Shown: positions 18,663-27,528 of the stretch, in pieces | How positions within the stretch are numbered: the stretch's first letter is position 1 | How the letters are laid out: each line of letters begins with the position of its first letter | Translations under genes and position numbers: made by a program | The notes under the pieces: model-generated | The model's input: the letters and a program-made list of their open reading frames with translations, nothing else | The model's database searches: none | Told to the model about the DNA's origin: nothing | Assembly (NCBI GenBank): GCA_963750165.1 | Contig: CAVVPN010000003.1 | Span: 192,001-256,000, forward strand | Length of the DNA stretch: 64,000 nucleotides | Direction: 5' to 3' | Source of the DNA: an uncultured Gemmataceae bacterium | GTDB lineage: Bacteria > Planctomycetota > Planctomycetia > Gemmatales > Gemmataceae

Positions 18663-18669
18663 TGCGTTA

Positions 18670-20418
18670 TTACTTCTGCAGCCAGCGCGCGAACCACGCC
18701 AGCATTTCGCGGCGCATCTCCGGCGTGACCAGGTGCCCCGTGTCCGGATAGAGCACGTTGCGGAAGCGCTCCGGCGCCCCGAGCGTCCCATAAACCTTCG
18801 TCAACTTCTCTTCGATGGCGCGAATGCCGTCGGCCGGCGAGCCCGCGTCGAGGTCGCCGGTCAGCGCCAGGTACGGCCGCGGTGCGATCAGCGCCAGCAC
18901 GCCCTCGGTGTCGAATTGCCGCAGCAGGCCGTCCACGAAATAATAGACGCCGTGCGCCTTGAGCTGGCCGTGCTTGATGAGGTTCTCGTAGCGCGTAAGA
19001 CAGGCGATGCCGACGGTGCAGGCGACACGCTCGTCCACCGCCGCCAGCCACCACGCGCGTGTGCTGCCCATGCTCATGCCGGTGGCGCCGATGCGCTTCG
19101 CGTCCACCTCGGGCCGGCCGCACAGGTAATCCAGGGCGATCTGGTCATCGCGGACGAACATGCCCCAGAGCGTGCGGCCCATCCACAGATGATACTTGTG
19201 CAGGCTCTCCTGCTCGGCGCGGCCCGTCTCTGCGCGGCCGGCCGGCCCGGTGCCGACGCGGTCGCCGTGCCAGTACGCATCCGGCGCCAGCACCACATAA
19301 CCCGCCTTGATGAACGTCTCGCCCAGCGGCTCGGCGCCGCCGTTGGTGTTGGCGACGAGAATCTGCGTCTTGTCCGGCGTCGAGGAGTGCAGCCACAAGA
19401 TCGCCGGCGCCGGCTTCTTCAACCCGGTCGGCACCAGCAACAGACAGCTGACTTCGTTGTCCAGGCCGTTGTCGATGGCGATGCGCTCCAGCGTGTAGCC
19501 GTGGCGCAGCTCGCGCGACACCACGCGCACCTTCTGCGGTGACGGCCGCGGCGGCAGATCGCCGAGTGACTGCAGAACCTTTTTCAGCACGTCGGGCCGC
19601 TGCTTCTGCCAGGCCGCGGCGCTGTCTGGGAGCTGGAACTTGCCGACCGGCAACTTCTGGAACGCTGGCGGCACCAGGGCGTCAAGTTCTTTCTCCCGTT
19701 TGCGATACTCCTCGCCCGCCTTTGGATTGACGACCGCCTTGACCGGCGGCTTCTCGGTAGCGCGAATCGTCAACTGCCGCTGGATCACGTCGGCCACCGC
19801 GTCGGCCAGAATCTCATTCGCTTCCTTCGTGTAGTGCGTGCCGTCGCCGCCGAGCATCTTCGCAGGGCCGTGCTTCGTCACCAACCAGTGCAGGTCATGC
19901 ACGGGGACGCCGTAGTCGTTCATCGCGGCAATGGCTCGGTCGTTGTAGAGGCGCACATCGGCCTCTCGGCGGTCGAAGCCGCCGCCGCGTTTGGCGTGCC
20001 GCTCGTCATGGATCGGCGTCGTGTTGGCGAACACCAGCCGCGCGGTCGTGTCGCGCTTCAGTCGCCGTACGATCTCCTGCAGGTTCTTGTCGTACCGGTC
20101 CGGATCGACCTGATACGTCTTCTGTTTGCGGTCCAGTTTGAGGTCGTGCAAACCACAGTTGAAGTGGATGACGGCGGCCTGGGGCTTGGTGGCCCACTCG
20201 TCGAGGTGCTTCAGGACGTTGCCGCTGTCGCCGCCGTTCTCCTTCGCGCTAATCACGACGGCCTTGCCGGCGAGGCGTTTGGCCACGAGCGGTGCATAAC
20301 CCAGGCGGATGGAATCGCCGATGAGCACGACCTTCGGCAACTCGCCTTTCGGTTGCGCCGCGGCCCAGGACGTCGCGGTCAACAGCAGGGCCAGCGCGAA
20401 CAGAGCACGGAGGAGCAT
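18670..20418 (-). CDS. Secreted SGNH hydrolase fused to an alpha/beta hydrolase
   Basis: LIGDSI, FNCGLHD, DGTHY (SGNH); ATGMSMG, ALIAPRP, TGH (alpha/beta hydrolase); signal peptide from ATG 20418. Confidence 0.85.
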   Translation of the reverse strand: MLLRALFALALLLTATSWAAAQPKGELPKVVLIGDSIRLGYAPLVAKRLAGKAVVISAKENGGDSGNVLKHLDEWATKPQAAVIHFNCGLHDLKLDRKQKTYQVDPDRYDKNLQEIVRRLKRDTTARLVFANTTPIHDERHAKRGGGFDRREADVRLYNDRAIAAMNDYGVPVHDLHWLVTKHGPAKMLGGDGTHYTKEANEILADAVADVIQRQLTIRATEKPPVKAVVNPKAGEEYRKREKELDALVPPAFQKLPVGKFQLPDSAAAWQKQRPDVLKKVLQSLGDLPPRPSPQKVRVVSRELRHGYTLERIAIDNGLDNEVSCLLLVPTGLKKPAPAILWLHSSTPDKTQILVANTNGGAEPLGETFIKAGYVVLAPDAYWHGDRVGTGPAGRAETGRAEQESLHKYHLWMGRTLWGMFVRDDQIALDYLCGRPEVDAKRIGATGMSMGSTRAWWLAAVDERVACTVGIACLTRYENLIKHGQLKAHGVYYFVDGLLRQFDTEGVLALIAPRPYLALTGDLDAGSPADGIRAIEEKLTKVYGTLGAPERFRNVLYPDTGHLVTPEMRREMLAWFARWLQK

Positions 20419-20594
20419 GGTGCGGTCCTTTCCAGGGTTCGGGCGACAGCGCTTTCCGGATTCATCGTTTCGCGCGGCGTGCCCACCGCGAAACGATAAA
20501 TCGAAAAGGCCGTCGCCGATGAGTTTATCCCCCCGCGGGTTGACAAGCAACCGCCCCATCGCCACCATGAACCACACCACGCAGGAGACTTGCC

Positions 20595-23500
20595 ATGCCA
20601 TCCCGCCGCTGTCTGTTCGTCCTCACGACCGTGCTGTTCAGTGCCGCCCCCGCTGCGGCGCAACCGCCCGCCGCGAAGGGCCTGAATGTACCGCCCGGCT
20701 TCGAGGTCACGGAGTTCGCCGACGCCAAACTGGCCAACGACATCTACTGCATGACGCTGGACCCGAAGGGCCGCGTGGTGGTGTCGGGCCGCGGCTACAT
20801 CCGCATCCTGGTCGATGACGACGGCGACGGCCGCGCCGACCGGGCCATTGAGTTCGCCAACGGCCCGAAGGACGGCGCGATGGGCCTGTTGTGGGAGGGC
20901 GACACGCTGTACATCACCGGCGACGGCGGCCTGCGCCGCTACCGCACGAAGGACGGCGACCACGCGGCCGGCCCGTCGGAGCTGATCCGCAAGTTGGTGA
21001 CCGGTGCCGAGCACGGCGCCCACGCCATCCGCCGCGGCCCGGACGGCTGGCTGTACGTGCTGTGCGGCAATAACACCGGCATCGATAAATCGTTCGCTCA
21101 GCTGCCGACGTCGCCGATCAAGGAGCCGGTTGCGGGCTGTGTGCTGCGCTTCACGCCTGACCTGAAAAAGAGCGAGATCGTCGCGGACGGCTTCCGCAAC
21201 CCCTACGGCATGGACTTCAACACGGACGGCGAACTCTTCACCTACGACTCGGACAACGAGCGCTGCGTGTCGCTGCCGTGGTATGAGGGGACGCGGTTCT
21301 ATCATGTGATTCCGGGCGGGAATTATGGATGGATCAATCCGCAGCGGGGCAATTTCTGGCGGAAGCCTCCGTACTTTCTCGATGTGGTCCGTCCCGTAGC
21401 CGATCTGGGGCGAGGTTCACCGACGGGGGTGGCGTGTTATCGGCACGTCCAATTCCCCGAGAAATATCGTGGCGGCTTCTTCGCCCTGGATTGGACGTTT
21501 GGAAAAGTTTGGTTTCTTCAGCCGATTCGTGGTCTGCGCGGTTTTTACAGTTGTAATCATCTGGCTGCTCCAGGCATTAAGGAGATTTTTCTGGAATCAC
21601 TGGGCGAAAATGGTTTCGCCCCGACGGCGTGCGTCGTACACCCCGAGACCGGCGATCTTTACATTTCCATTGGTGGGCGAGGCACGCGCGGGGCAGTTTA
21701 TCGCGTGCGCTATCCCAAAGGGCTCAAAGGGGCCAGTGCCGTTGCTGCTGCCCAGTTGCAACCGGCACCACAGTCCCTGGACTGGAAGCCTGATCTCGGC
21801 CCCGCCTTGATGAAGCAGGCGACCGTGCAAGATAATTGGACGCTATTAAAGACATTGCTTGCCTTGCGGCGGCACCGATCTCATTTCGATCAGGATGCGA
21901 TTCTAAACGCGATCCGCCCACATTTTGAAAACGTGTCCAACGGGCTGCTTCAAAAAGCATTTGCCGACCTCGTTAAAACACTGGACGCCGACGCACGTCA
22001 GACTCTTTACAAGGACGTTCACCAACTCCTGGCCAAGCAGAAACATGCGTATCGGATGCTATTCGCGCTACTTTACGCGGACCTTGATACTGATCCGGGC
22101 AGGGTGGTGGACGAACTAAATAGCCTGTGGAAGCAACCACCTTTCGTTCACAGCCCGGATGCCTTTAGGTTATTACAACTTGCACTGGGAGACTTGACCG
22201 CCCCCGGAGCCCGCGGCACAGTTTGGGAAGGCTACACTGCCCGGTTGGATTTGGCTTCTCTGGAAAAGCGCATCGGCAAGACTAACCTGGATAGGGCGCG
22301 GAAATGTTTGAAGGAATTGTTAGTCAAAGCGGGGCCGGGGTGGGCAGATGACGAGCGAGCTTTCTACAGCTTTGAACCTGTGCGAACTCTTGCCATGCTC
22401 GGGCTGGATGACTCAGAAGTGCGTCAACAAATCGTTAAGTGTTTGGACGCCGCCGAAGAAGTACCAAATCAACTGCACTACCTGATTGCGTTTGCCCGCC
22501 TGGGCGGTTCCGCCAAGGAAAAGTTGACCCAGAAAGTGGCGACTGTGTTGGTTTCCCTCGACCGCAAACTGGCGGACCAAAAAGCCAACCGCGACAGCCA
22601 CTGGCCGCTGCGCCTCAGCGAACTCTACACCGAACTGGGCCGCCTCGACCCCGCCCTGAACGCCGCGCTGCTGAAGCACTCCGAGTTCGGCCGTCCCGAT
22701 CACGCCCTGTTCGCCCGCACCCCCGGCTTCGACCGCAAGCAGGCCTCCGTCCGCTTCCTCAAAAAAGCCCAGGCCGACCCCGATTATCGCTGGAACGCTG
22801 GCGTCGTCGAACTGGTCGGCGAGCTGCCCGAAGCGCTGCCGGTGCTGCGCAAACTGTGGGGCAAGGCGGGCGTGGACGGCGCCCTCCTGCCAGTCCTGGC
22901 CCGCAGTCCGCAGGTGGCCGACCACGGCAAATTCGTCAACGGCCTGGAGTCACCCCAGACTGCCACCGTGCGCCTGTGCCTGGACGCGCTGAACCAACTG
23001 CCGCCGCAGGAAAGCCCCAATGAGACGTTGGCCCTGATTCAGGCGCTGGGCCGTGTGCCGGAGGGCAAGTCCGGCGACACGCTGCGCTCCGCGCTGGCGG
23101 CGCGGCTGACGAAGACGACGGGCCAGAAGTTCGGCACCGACCGCAAACAGTGGGCGGCGTGGTTCAGCAAGGAGCAGCCGTTGCGGGCGCGCCGGCTGAA
23201 CAACCCCGACGGCGTGGATGTGGCCGCGTGGCGGAAGCGCCTGGCCCAGGTCGATTGGAACAAGGGCGACGTCCAGCGCGGCAAGGCGGTGTTCGTCAAG
23301 GCCCGCTGTGCCGCGTGCCACGGCGGCAACCAGGCCATCGGTCCGGACCTCGTGGGCGTCACCGGTCGCTTCTCGCGCGACGACCTGTTCACCGCGATCC
23401 TGCAGCCGAGCAAGGACGTGCCGGCGCGCTACCAGACGACCGTGCTGGAGACGGAATCGGGCAAGATTTACCAGGGCCTGATCGTCTACGAGGCGGTGGA

Positions 23501-23687
23501 CGGCGTCATCCTGCAGACGGCCGACGAGACGGTGCGCATCGGCGGCGGTCAGATCGCGGCGCGGCGTGTCAGTCCGCTGTCGCTGATGCCGGCGGGCCTG
23601 CTCGACCCAGGTACGGCCGCGGACCTGGCCGACCTGTACGCCTACCTGCGCAGCCTCGGCCAGCCGGGCAAAGCGAAAGAAAAATGA
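20595..23687 (+). CDS. PVC-type dehydrogenase-like propeller protein with C-terminal cytochrome c domain
   Basis: VPPGFEV..FA, DDDGDGRAD, GFRNPY, GRGSPTG; CAACH heme motif, GPDL, SLMPAGL; CAGGAG SD. Confidence 0.88.
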   Translation: MPSRRCLFVLTTVLFSAAPAAAQPPAAKGLNVPPGFEVTEFADAKLANDIYCMTLDPKGRVVVSGRGYIRILVDDDGDGRADRAIEFANGPKDGAMGLLWEGDTLYITGDGGLRRYRTKDGDHAAGPSELIRKLVTGAEHGAHAIRRGPDGWLYVLCGNNTGIDKSFAQLPTSPIKEPVAGCVLRFTPDLKKSEIVADGFRNPYGMDFNTDGELFTYDSDNERCVSLPWYEGTRFYHVIPGGNYGWINPQRGNFWRKPPYFLDVVRPVADLGRGSPTGVACYRHVQFPEKYRGGFFALDWTFGKVWFLQPIRGLRGFYSCNHLAAPGIKEIFLESLGENGFAPTACVVHPETGDLYISIGGRGTRGAVYRVRYPKGLKGASAVAAAQLQPAPQSLDWKPDLGPALMKQATVQDNWTLLKTLLALRRHRSHFDQDAILNAIRPHFENVSNGLLQKAFADLVKTLDADARQTLYKDVHQLLAKQKHAYRMLFALLYADLDTDPGRVVDELNSLWKQPPFVHSPDAFRLLQLALGDLTAPGARGTVWEGYTARLDLASLEKRIGKTNLDRARKCLKELLVKAGPGWADDERAFYSFEPVRTLAMLGLDDSEVRQQIVKCLDAAEEVPNQLHYLIAFARLGGSAKEKLTQKVATVLVSLDRKLADQKANRDSHWPLRLSELYTELGRLDPALNAALLKHSEFGRPDHALFARTPGFDRKQASVRFLKKAQADPDYRWNAGVVELVGELPEALPVLRKLWGKAGVDGALLPVLARSPQVADHGKFVNGLESPQTATVRLCLDALNQLPPQESPNETLALIQALGRVPEGKSGDTLRSALAARLTKTTGQKFGTDRKQWAAWFSKEQPLRARRLNNPDGVDVAAWRKRLAQVDWNKGDVQRGKAVFVKARCAACHGGNQAIGPDLVGVTGRFSRDDLFTAILQPSKDVPARYQTTVLETESGKIYQGLIVYEAVDGVILQTADETVRIGGGQIAARRVSPLSLMPAGLLDPGTAADLADLYAYLRSLGQPGKAKEK

Positions 23688-23783
23688 TTCACCACAAAGA
23701 CACAAAGAGCACAAAGAGAAGGCAATGAATAAATAAATGTTCTTTGCCTTCTCTTTGTGCTCTTTGTGTCTTTGTGGTGAATC
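23686..23783. repeat. Perfect 40-bp inverted repeat built of CACAAAGA-type units, AT-rich loop
   Basis: GATTCACCACAAAGACACAAAGAGCACAAAGAGAAGGCAA and its exact reverse complement at 23744-23783. Confidence 0.92.
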
Positions 23784-23804
23784 TCTCTTTGGAGAGGCGT
23801 TCCG

Positions 23805-25382
23805 TTGCAGCGTAACCTCGACGCCCTGGCCGACGGCGTGTTTGATGTGCTCATCCTCGGCGGCGGCATCACCGGCGCCGGCGTCGCCCTGGACGCGACC
23901 CTGCGCGGCTATCGCGTGGCCCTCGTCGATCAGGGCGACTTCGCCAGCGGCACCAGCAGCGCCTCGTCCAAGCTGATTCACGGCGGCCTGCGCTACCTCG
24001 AACAGGCGGACTTCGCCCTCGTCTACGAGGCGCTGCGCGAGCGCGCCCTGCTGCTGCGGAACGCTCCGCACCTGGTACGGCCGCTGCTCTTCGGGCTGCC
24101 GTTCTACCATGGCATGCGGCGGCCGCCGTGGCAGTGGCGGCTCGGCCTGACTTTTTATGACCTGCTCGCCGGCCGCGGCAACCTGGGTCGCAGCCGGCCG
24201 CTTTCCGCCCGGCAACTCCTGAACCGCTGCCCCAACCTCCGCCGCCAGGGTTTGCTCGGCGGCGCCGCGTATTTCGACGCCCAGATGGACGACGCCCGGC
24301 TGTGCCTGGAGGTCATCCGCGCCGCCGCGGAGCAGGGGGCGGTCGTGGCCAACTACGTGGCGGCCCTCGGCTTCGAGTTCCAGAACGGTCGTGTCGCCGG
24401 CGCCCGCCTGAGCGACCGCGTCGCCGGCAGGACACTGACGGTGCGGGCGCGGCAGGTGCTGAACGCCACGGGGCCGTGGGTCGATCGCGTGCGGCGGCTG
24501 GCCGGTGAGGACGCGCCGCTACTGCGGCCGACCAAGGGCGTCCATCTGCTGCTGCCGGACTCGGGACACCACGACGCCTTGCTGCTGTTGCACCCGCGCG
24601 ACGGCCGGGTGTTCTTCGTGCTGCCCTGGCACGGGACGTTGCTCGGCACCACCGATACGCTCTGCGACGAGGCTCCCGACGCCCTGACGGTGACCGCGGC
24701 GGACGTGGCGTATTTGCTGGAGGGCTACAACCACTACTTTAACGATTCGTTTTCGGAACGGGAGGTGCTGAGTAGCTTCGCGGGACTGCGGCCGCTGCTG
24801 GCGGCGCGGGCGGGCGCGCCGTCGGCGCTGTCGCGCGAGTTTCGCGTCTTCGTCGGGCCGTCGGGGCTGCTGTCGGTCGCGGGCGGCAAGTACACCACCT
24901 ACCGCCACATGGCCGAGGTCGTCACGGACGAGCTGGGCCGCCACCTCGGCCGCCGCGGCTGGTGCCGGACACACCAATTTCGACTGGGAGCGCCGGCCGA
25001 ACCGTGGCCCGCGTTTCTCCAGCGCACGCAGGCGGAACTGTGCGACCGCCTCGGCCTGGACGTTCCCACGGCGGCGCACCTGGTGGAGCGCTACGGGCGG
25101 CGCGTCGGGGAAGTGGTGGCGTATTTGCGGCGGCCGGGTGGCCTGGAACCGGTGGCGGCCGGCGAACCGGAATTGCGCGGCGAGTGGGAGTATCAGCGGG
25201 CGCACGAGATGGCGCTGTTCCCGGCGGATCACCTGTTGCGACGGACGCGGCTCGGGCTGCTACGGCCGGAGTTATTGCCCGGCACCGGATCGCCTACTTC
25301 GTCAGGTTCAGCTTCGGCGGCGGCGCGTGGCGATACTTCTCCAGCACCTTCGGGAACACGCCCGGTAGGTTGGTGTGGTTGA
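23805..25382 (+). CDS. glpD: Glycerol-3-phosphate dehydrogenase/oxidase
   Basis: ILGGGITGAG, DFASGTSSASSKLIHGGLRYL, NATGPW, KGVHL, GTTD, GGKYTTYR; 3' end overlaps kinase by 89 bp. Confidence 0.9.
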   Translation: MQRNLDALADGVFDVLILGGGITGAGVALDATLRGYRVALVDQGDFASGTSSASSKLIHGGLRYLEQADFALVYEALRERALLLRNAPHLVRPLLFGLPFYHGMRRPPWQWRLGLTFYDLLAGRGNLGRSRPLSARQLLNRCPNLRRQGLLGGAAYFDAQMDDARLCLEVIRAAAEQGAVVANYVAALGFEFQNGRVAGARLSDRVAGRTLTVRARQVLNATGPWVDRVRRLAGEDAPLLRPTKGVHLLLPDSGHHDALLLLHPRDGRVFFVLPWHGTLLGTTDTLCDEAPDALTVTAADVAYLLEGYNHYFNDSFSEREVLSSFAGLRPLLAARAGAPSALSREFRVFVGPSGLLSVAGGKYTTYRHMAEVVTDELGRHLGRRGWCRTHQFRLGAPAEPWPAFLQRTQAELCDRLGLDVPTAAHLVERYGRRVGEVVAYLRRPGGLEPVAAGEPELRGEWEYQRAHEMALFPADHLLRRTRLGLLRPELLPGTGSPTSSGSASAAARGDTSPAPSGTRPVGWCG

Positions 25383-26925
25383 AGTGCAGCGCCTCCGCCA
25401 GGATCTCGCGCAGCGGTTCACTGCGCAGCCAGAGCAGTTGCATCTCTGGCGAGCCCTTCTCCGCCACCCGCTCTTTGTGGAGTCGCATCAACAGGAAGTT
25501 CGACTTCTTCGGCTCATTGCGGAAGGCCAGCACCAGGGCGTGGCCCATGTCGCCCAGCATCCGATAGCTCTTCACGTTTTCCTGGGCCGCCAGCTGAGTG
25601 AAGAACGCCTCTGCCTCGTCCAGCCGGCGTTCCTTGAGGTACAGCACGGCCAGGTCGATGCGGTCTTCCAGGCCGCGGCGCGTCTCCTGGGTGCTGCGCG
25701 GCTGGGCGTGCAGCTTGACCGCTTCCTGCAGGGCCTTCTCGCGCTCGCGGTTCGAGAACAGCGACTTGACCGCCGGCGCGTCCTCCACCCCCGCAGCAGG
25801 CGGCGGCGCGGGCGGCGCCGCCGGCGCCTGTCCGCGGTTCTGCCACCAGCCGTAGCCCAGGCCGCCGCCCAGCGCCAGCACGATGCTCAGCAGCGCCGCC
25901 GCCGGCCGCCACGACCGCCGCCGCAGCGCCGGCACCGGCTGCGTCGTCGCCGCGTCCAGCGCCTCGGTCGGGTTGCCCGGGCCCAGCGGCATGACGATCG
26001 GCGGTGCGCCGCCGGTGACGCCGACCAGCGCATCGCGCAGCCGGCCCACCTCGCGAACGATCTCGCGGCCGGTCTGGAAGCGGTCCTCCGGCTTCTTGGC
26101 CATCATCTTGTGGACGAGGGCGCACAACTCCGGCGGCAGGTCGGGGCGGACCTGGACCAGCGCCGGCGGGTTGCTCTGCACGTGCTGCACCGCCACCTCG
26201 AAAGCGCTCTTGCCGCGGTACGGCGGCTGGCCGGCCAGCATGTGATAGCAAGTGACGCCGAACGAATAAATGTCGGTGCGCGGATCGACCGCCTTGCCCT
26301 CGACCTGTTCAGGGCTCATGTACAGCGGCGTGCCCATGGTGACGCCGCTCTGCGTGATGTGGAGCGGCTGGTCGGTGTCGGCGAAGCAGCGTGACAGGCC
26401 GAAGTCGGCGACCTTGACCTCGGTCTTGCGCGTCAGCAGGATGTTTTCCGGTTTGATGTCGCGGTGGATGATGCCCAGCTCGCTGGCGCGCTGCAGCGCC
26501 GCGGCCACCTGGCGGATGATGCTCAGCGCCACCAGCACTTCCGGCGGCCCCTTGCGTTCGAGGTATTGACGGAGGTTGCGGCCCTCGACGTACTCCAGGG
26601 CCATGAAGTGAATGTCGCCAACGTGATCGATGGCGTACACCTGGACGATGTTAGCGTGCGTGGCGCGGGCGACGGCCTCGGCCTCGAGTTTGAAGCGGGC
26701 CAGGGCGGTGGCGTTGGCGGCCAGTTCAGGCTTGAGCACCTTGAGGGCGACCTTGCGCTTCAGCGAGATTTGCTCGGCGACGTAGACCTGGCCCATGCCG
26801 CCCTGGCCGAGGCGGCGCAGGATTTTGAAGTCGCCGAGGGTCTGGCCGGACAGGTCGGCGGAGCCGGCGTCGCTGGCCGCCGGCACGGCGGGGCTGGTCG
26901 AGTTAGGGTTGCCGGCGGGGGTCAT
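25294..26925 (-). CDS. Hanks-type Ser/Thr protein kinase with TM helix
   Basis: LGQGGMGQVY, VALKVL, HRDIKPEN, DFGL, GTPLYMSPEQ, DIYSFG. Confidence 0.95.
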   Translation of the reverse strand: MTPAGNPNSTSPAVPAASDAGSADLSGQTLGDFKILRRLGQGGMGQVYVAEQISLKRKVALKVLKPELAANATALARFKLEAEAVARATHANIVQVYAIDHVGDIHFMALEYVEGRNLRQYLERKGPPEVLVALSIIRQVAAALQRASELGIIHRDIKPENILLTRKTEVKVADFGLSRCFADTDQPLHITQSGVTMGTPLYMSPEQVEGKAVDPRTDIYSFGVTCYHMLAGQPPYRGKSAFEVAVQHVQSNPPALVQVRPDLPPELCALVHKMMAKKPEDRFQTGREIVREVGRLRDALVGVTGGAPPIVMPLGPGNPTEALDAATTQPVPALRRRSWRPAAALLSIVLALGGGLGYGWWQNRGQAPAAPPAPPPAAGVEDAPAVKSLFSNREREKALQEAVKLHAQPRSTQETRRGLEDRIDLAVLYLKERRLDEAEAFFTQLAAQENVKSYRMLGDMGHALVLAFRNEPKKSNFLLMRLHKERVAEKGSPEMQLLWLRSEPLREILAEALHFNHTNLPGVFPKVLEKYRHAPPPKLNLTK

Positions 26926-27099
26926 GGCGGATATTCCCAGGCGTCGCGGTCGGGACTGCACCGGCGCGGCTAATTGTTAAACCCCGCCGGCCGGGGACGG
27001 TCCTTGCGTCTCATCCCTTTTTCATCTTAGCCGACGCGGGTGGGGGATGCAAAGGGAGTGAAGGGTTGGGATGCACTTCGGCGGCAGAAAGGAGGGACC

Positions 27100-27171
27100 A
27101 TGAGCACTGTGAAAGCGACGTGGCAAAACGGACAGGTTATATTGGAGGGAAAAGCGGATTGGCCCGAAGGC
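27100..27171 (+). pseudogene. Truncated small antitoxin-like gene (DUF104-like N-terminus)
   Basis: AAAGGAGG SD; MSTVKATWQNGQVILEGKADWPEG, then resemblance ends. Confidence 0.45.
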
Positions 27172-27328
27172 CACCCGCTCCGCCGCGGTGGGGAACAGGC
27201 GCGCGAACGGACCCCCAGGGCCGTGGACCGCGTTGTTCGCTTCCACCCAGGTCAGGCCCGGCGTTTCCGCCAGTTTGCGCGCGCGTCAGTAACTCTTGTG
27301 CGCGGCTCTTGATGGTTCGTTTCGACAT
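27166..27328 (-). pseudogene. Truncated, frameshifted gene resembling the N-terminus of planctomycete HicB-annotated antitoxins
   Basis: MSKRTIKSRAQELLTRA / KLAETPGLTWVEANNAVHGPGGPFARLFPTAAERVAF in two frames; operator-like palindrome upstream. Confidence 0.45.
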
Positions 27329-27365
27329 AACGCCTTCCGATAGGGCAGATCAATGGAGCCGCTGT

Positions 27366-27386
27366 GATGGTACCAGATTTGGTACT
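27366..27386 (-). promoter_or_regulatory. Operator-like inverted repeat overlapping an extended -10 box
   Basis: GTACCA-GATT-TGGTAC; minus strand reads TG-G-TACCAT. Confidence 0.5.
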
Positions 27387-27465
27387 GAATGCGAACCGGA
27401 AAAGCTGCGCGGATGGGTAGGTTAATTGAGCGGAATGGGGGTCAGAACTACCGGGCATCACGTGT

Positions 27466-27513
27466 CCCGTTTACGTTTCGCGCGGGTGGAAGGTCGCGCG
27501 AAACGTAAACGGG
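27466..27513. repeat. 19-bp-stem hairpin just downstream of WD40 gene (terminator or REP)
   Basis: CCCGTTTACGTTTCGCGCG...CGCGCGAAACGTAAACGGG. Confidence 0.8.
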
Positions 27514-27528
27514 GTTCATCTGATGAAG

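Noticed and set aside
25294..25382. Functional 89-bp overlap of glpD and the kinase
   Set aside because: The glpD tail is low-complexity read-through; likely neutral or an indel artefact.
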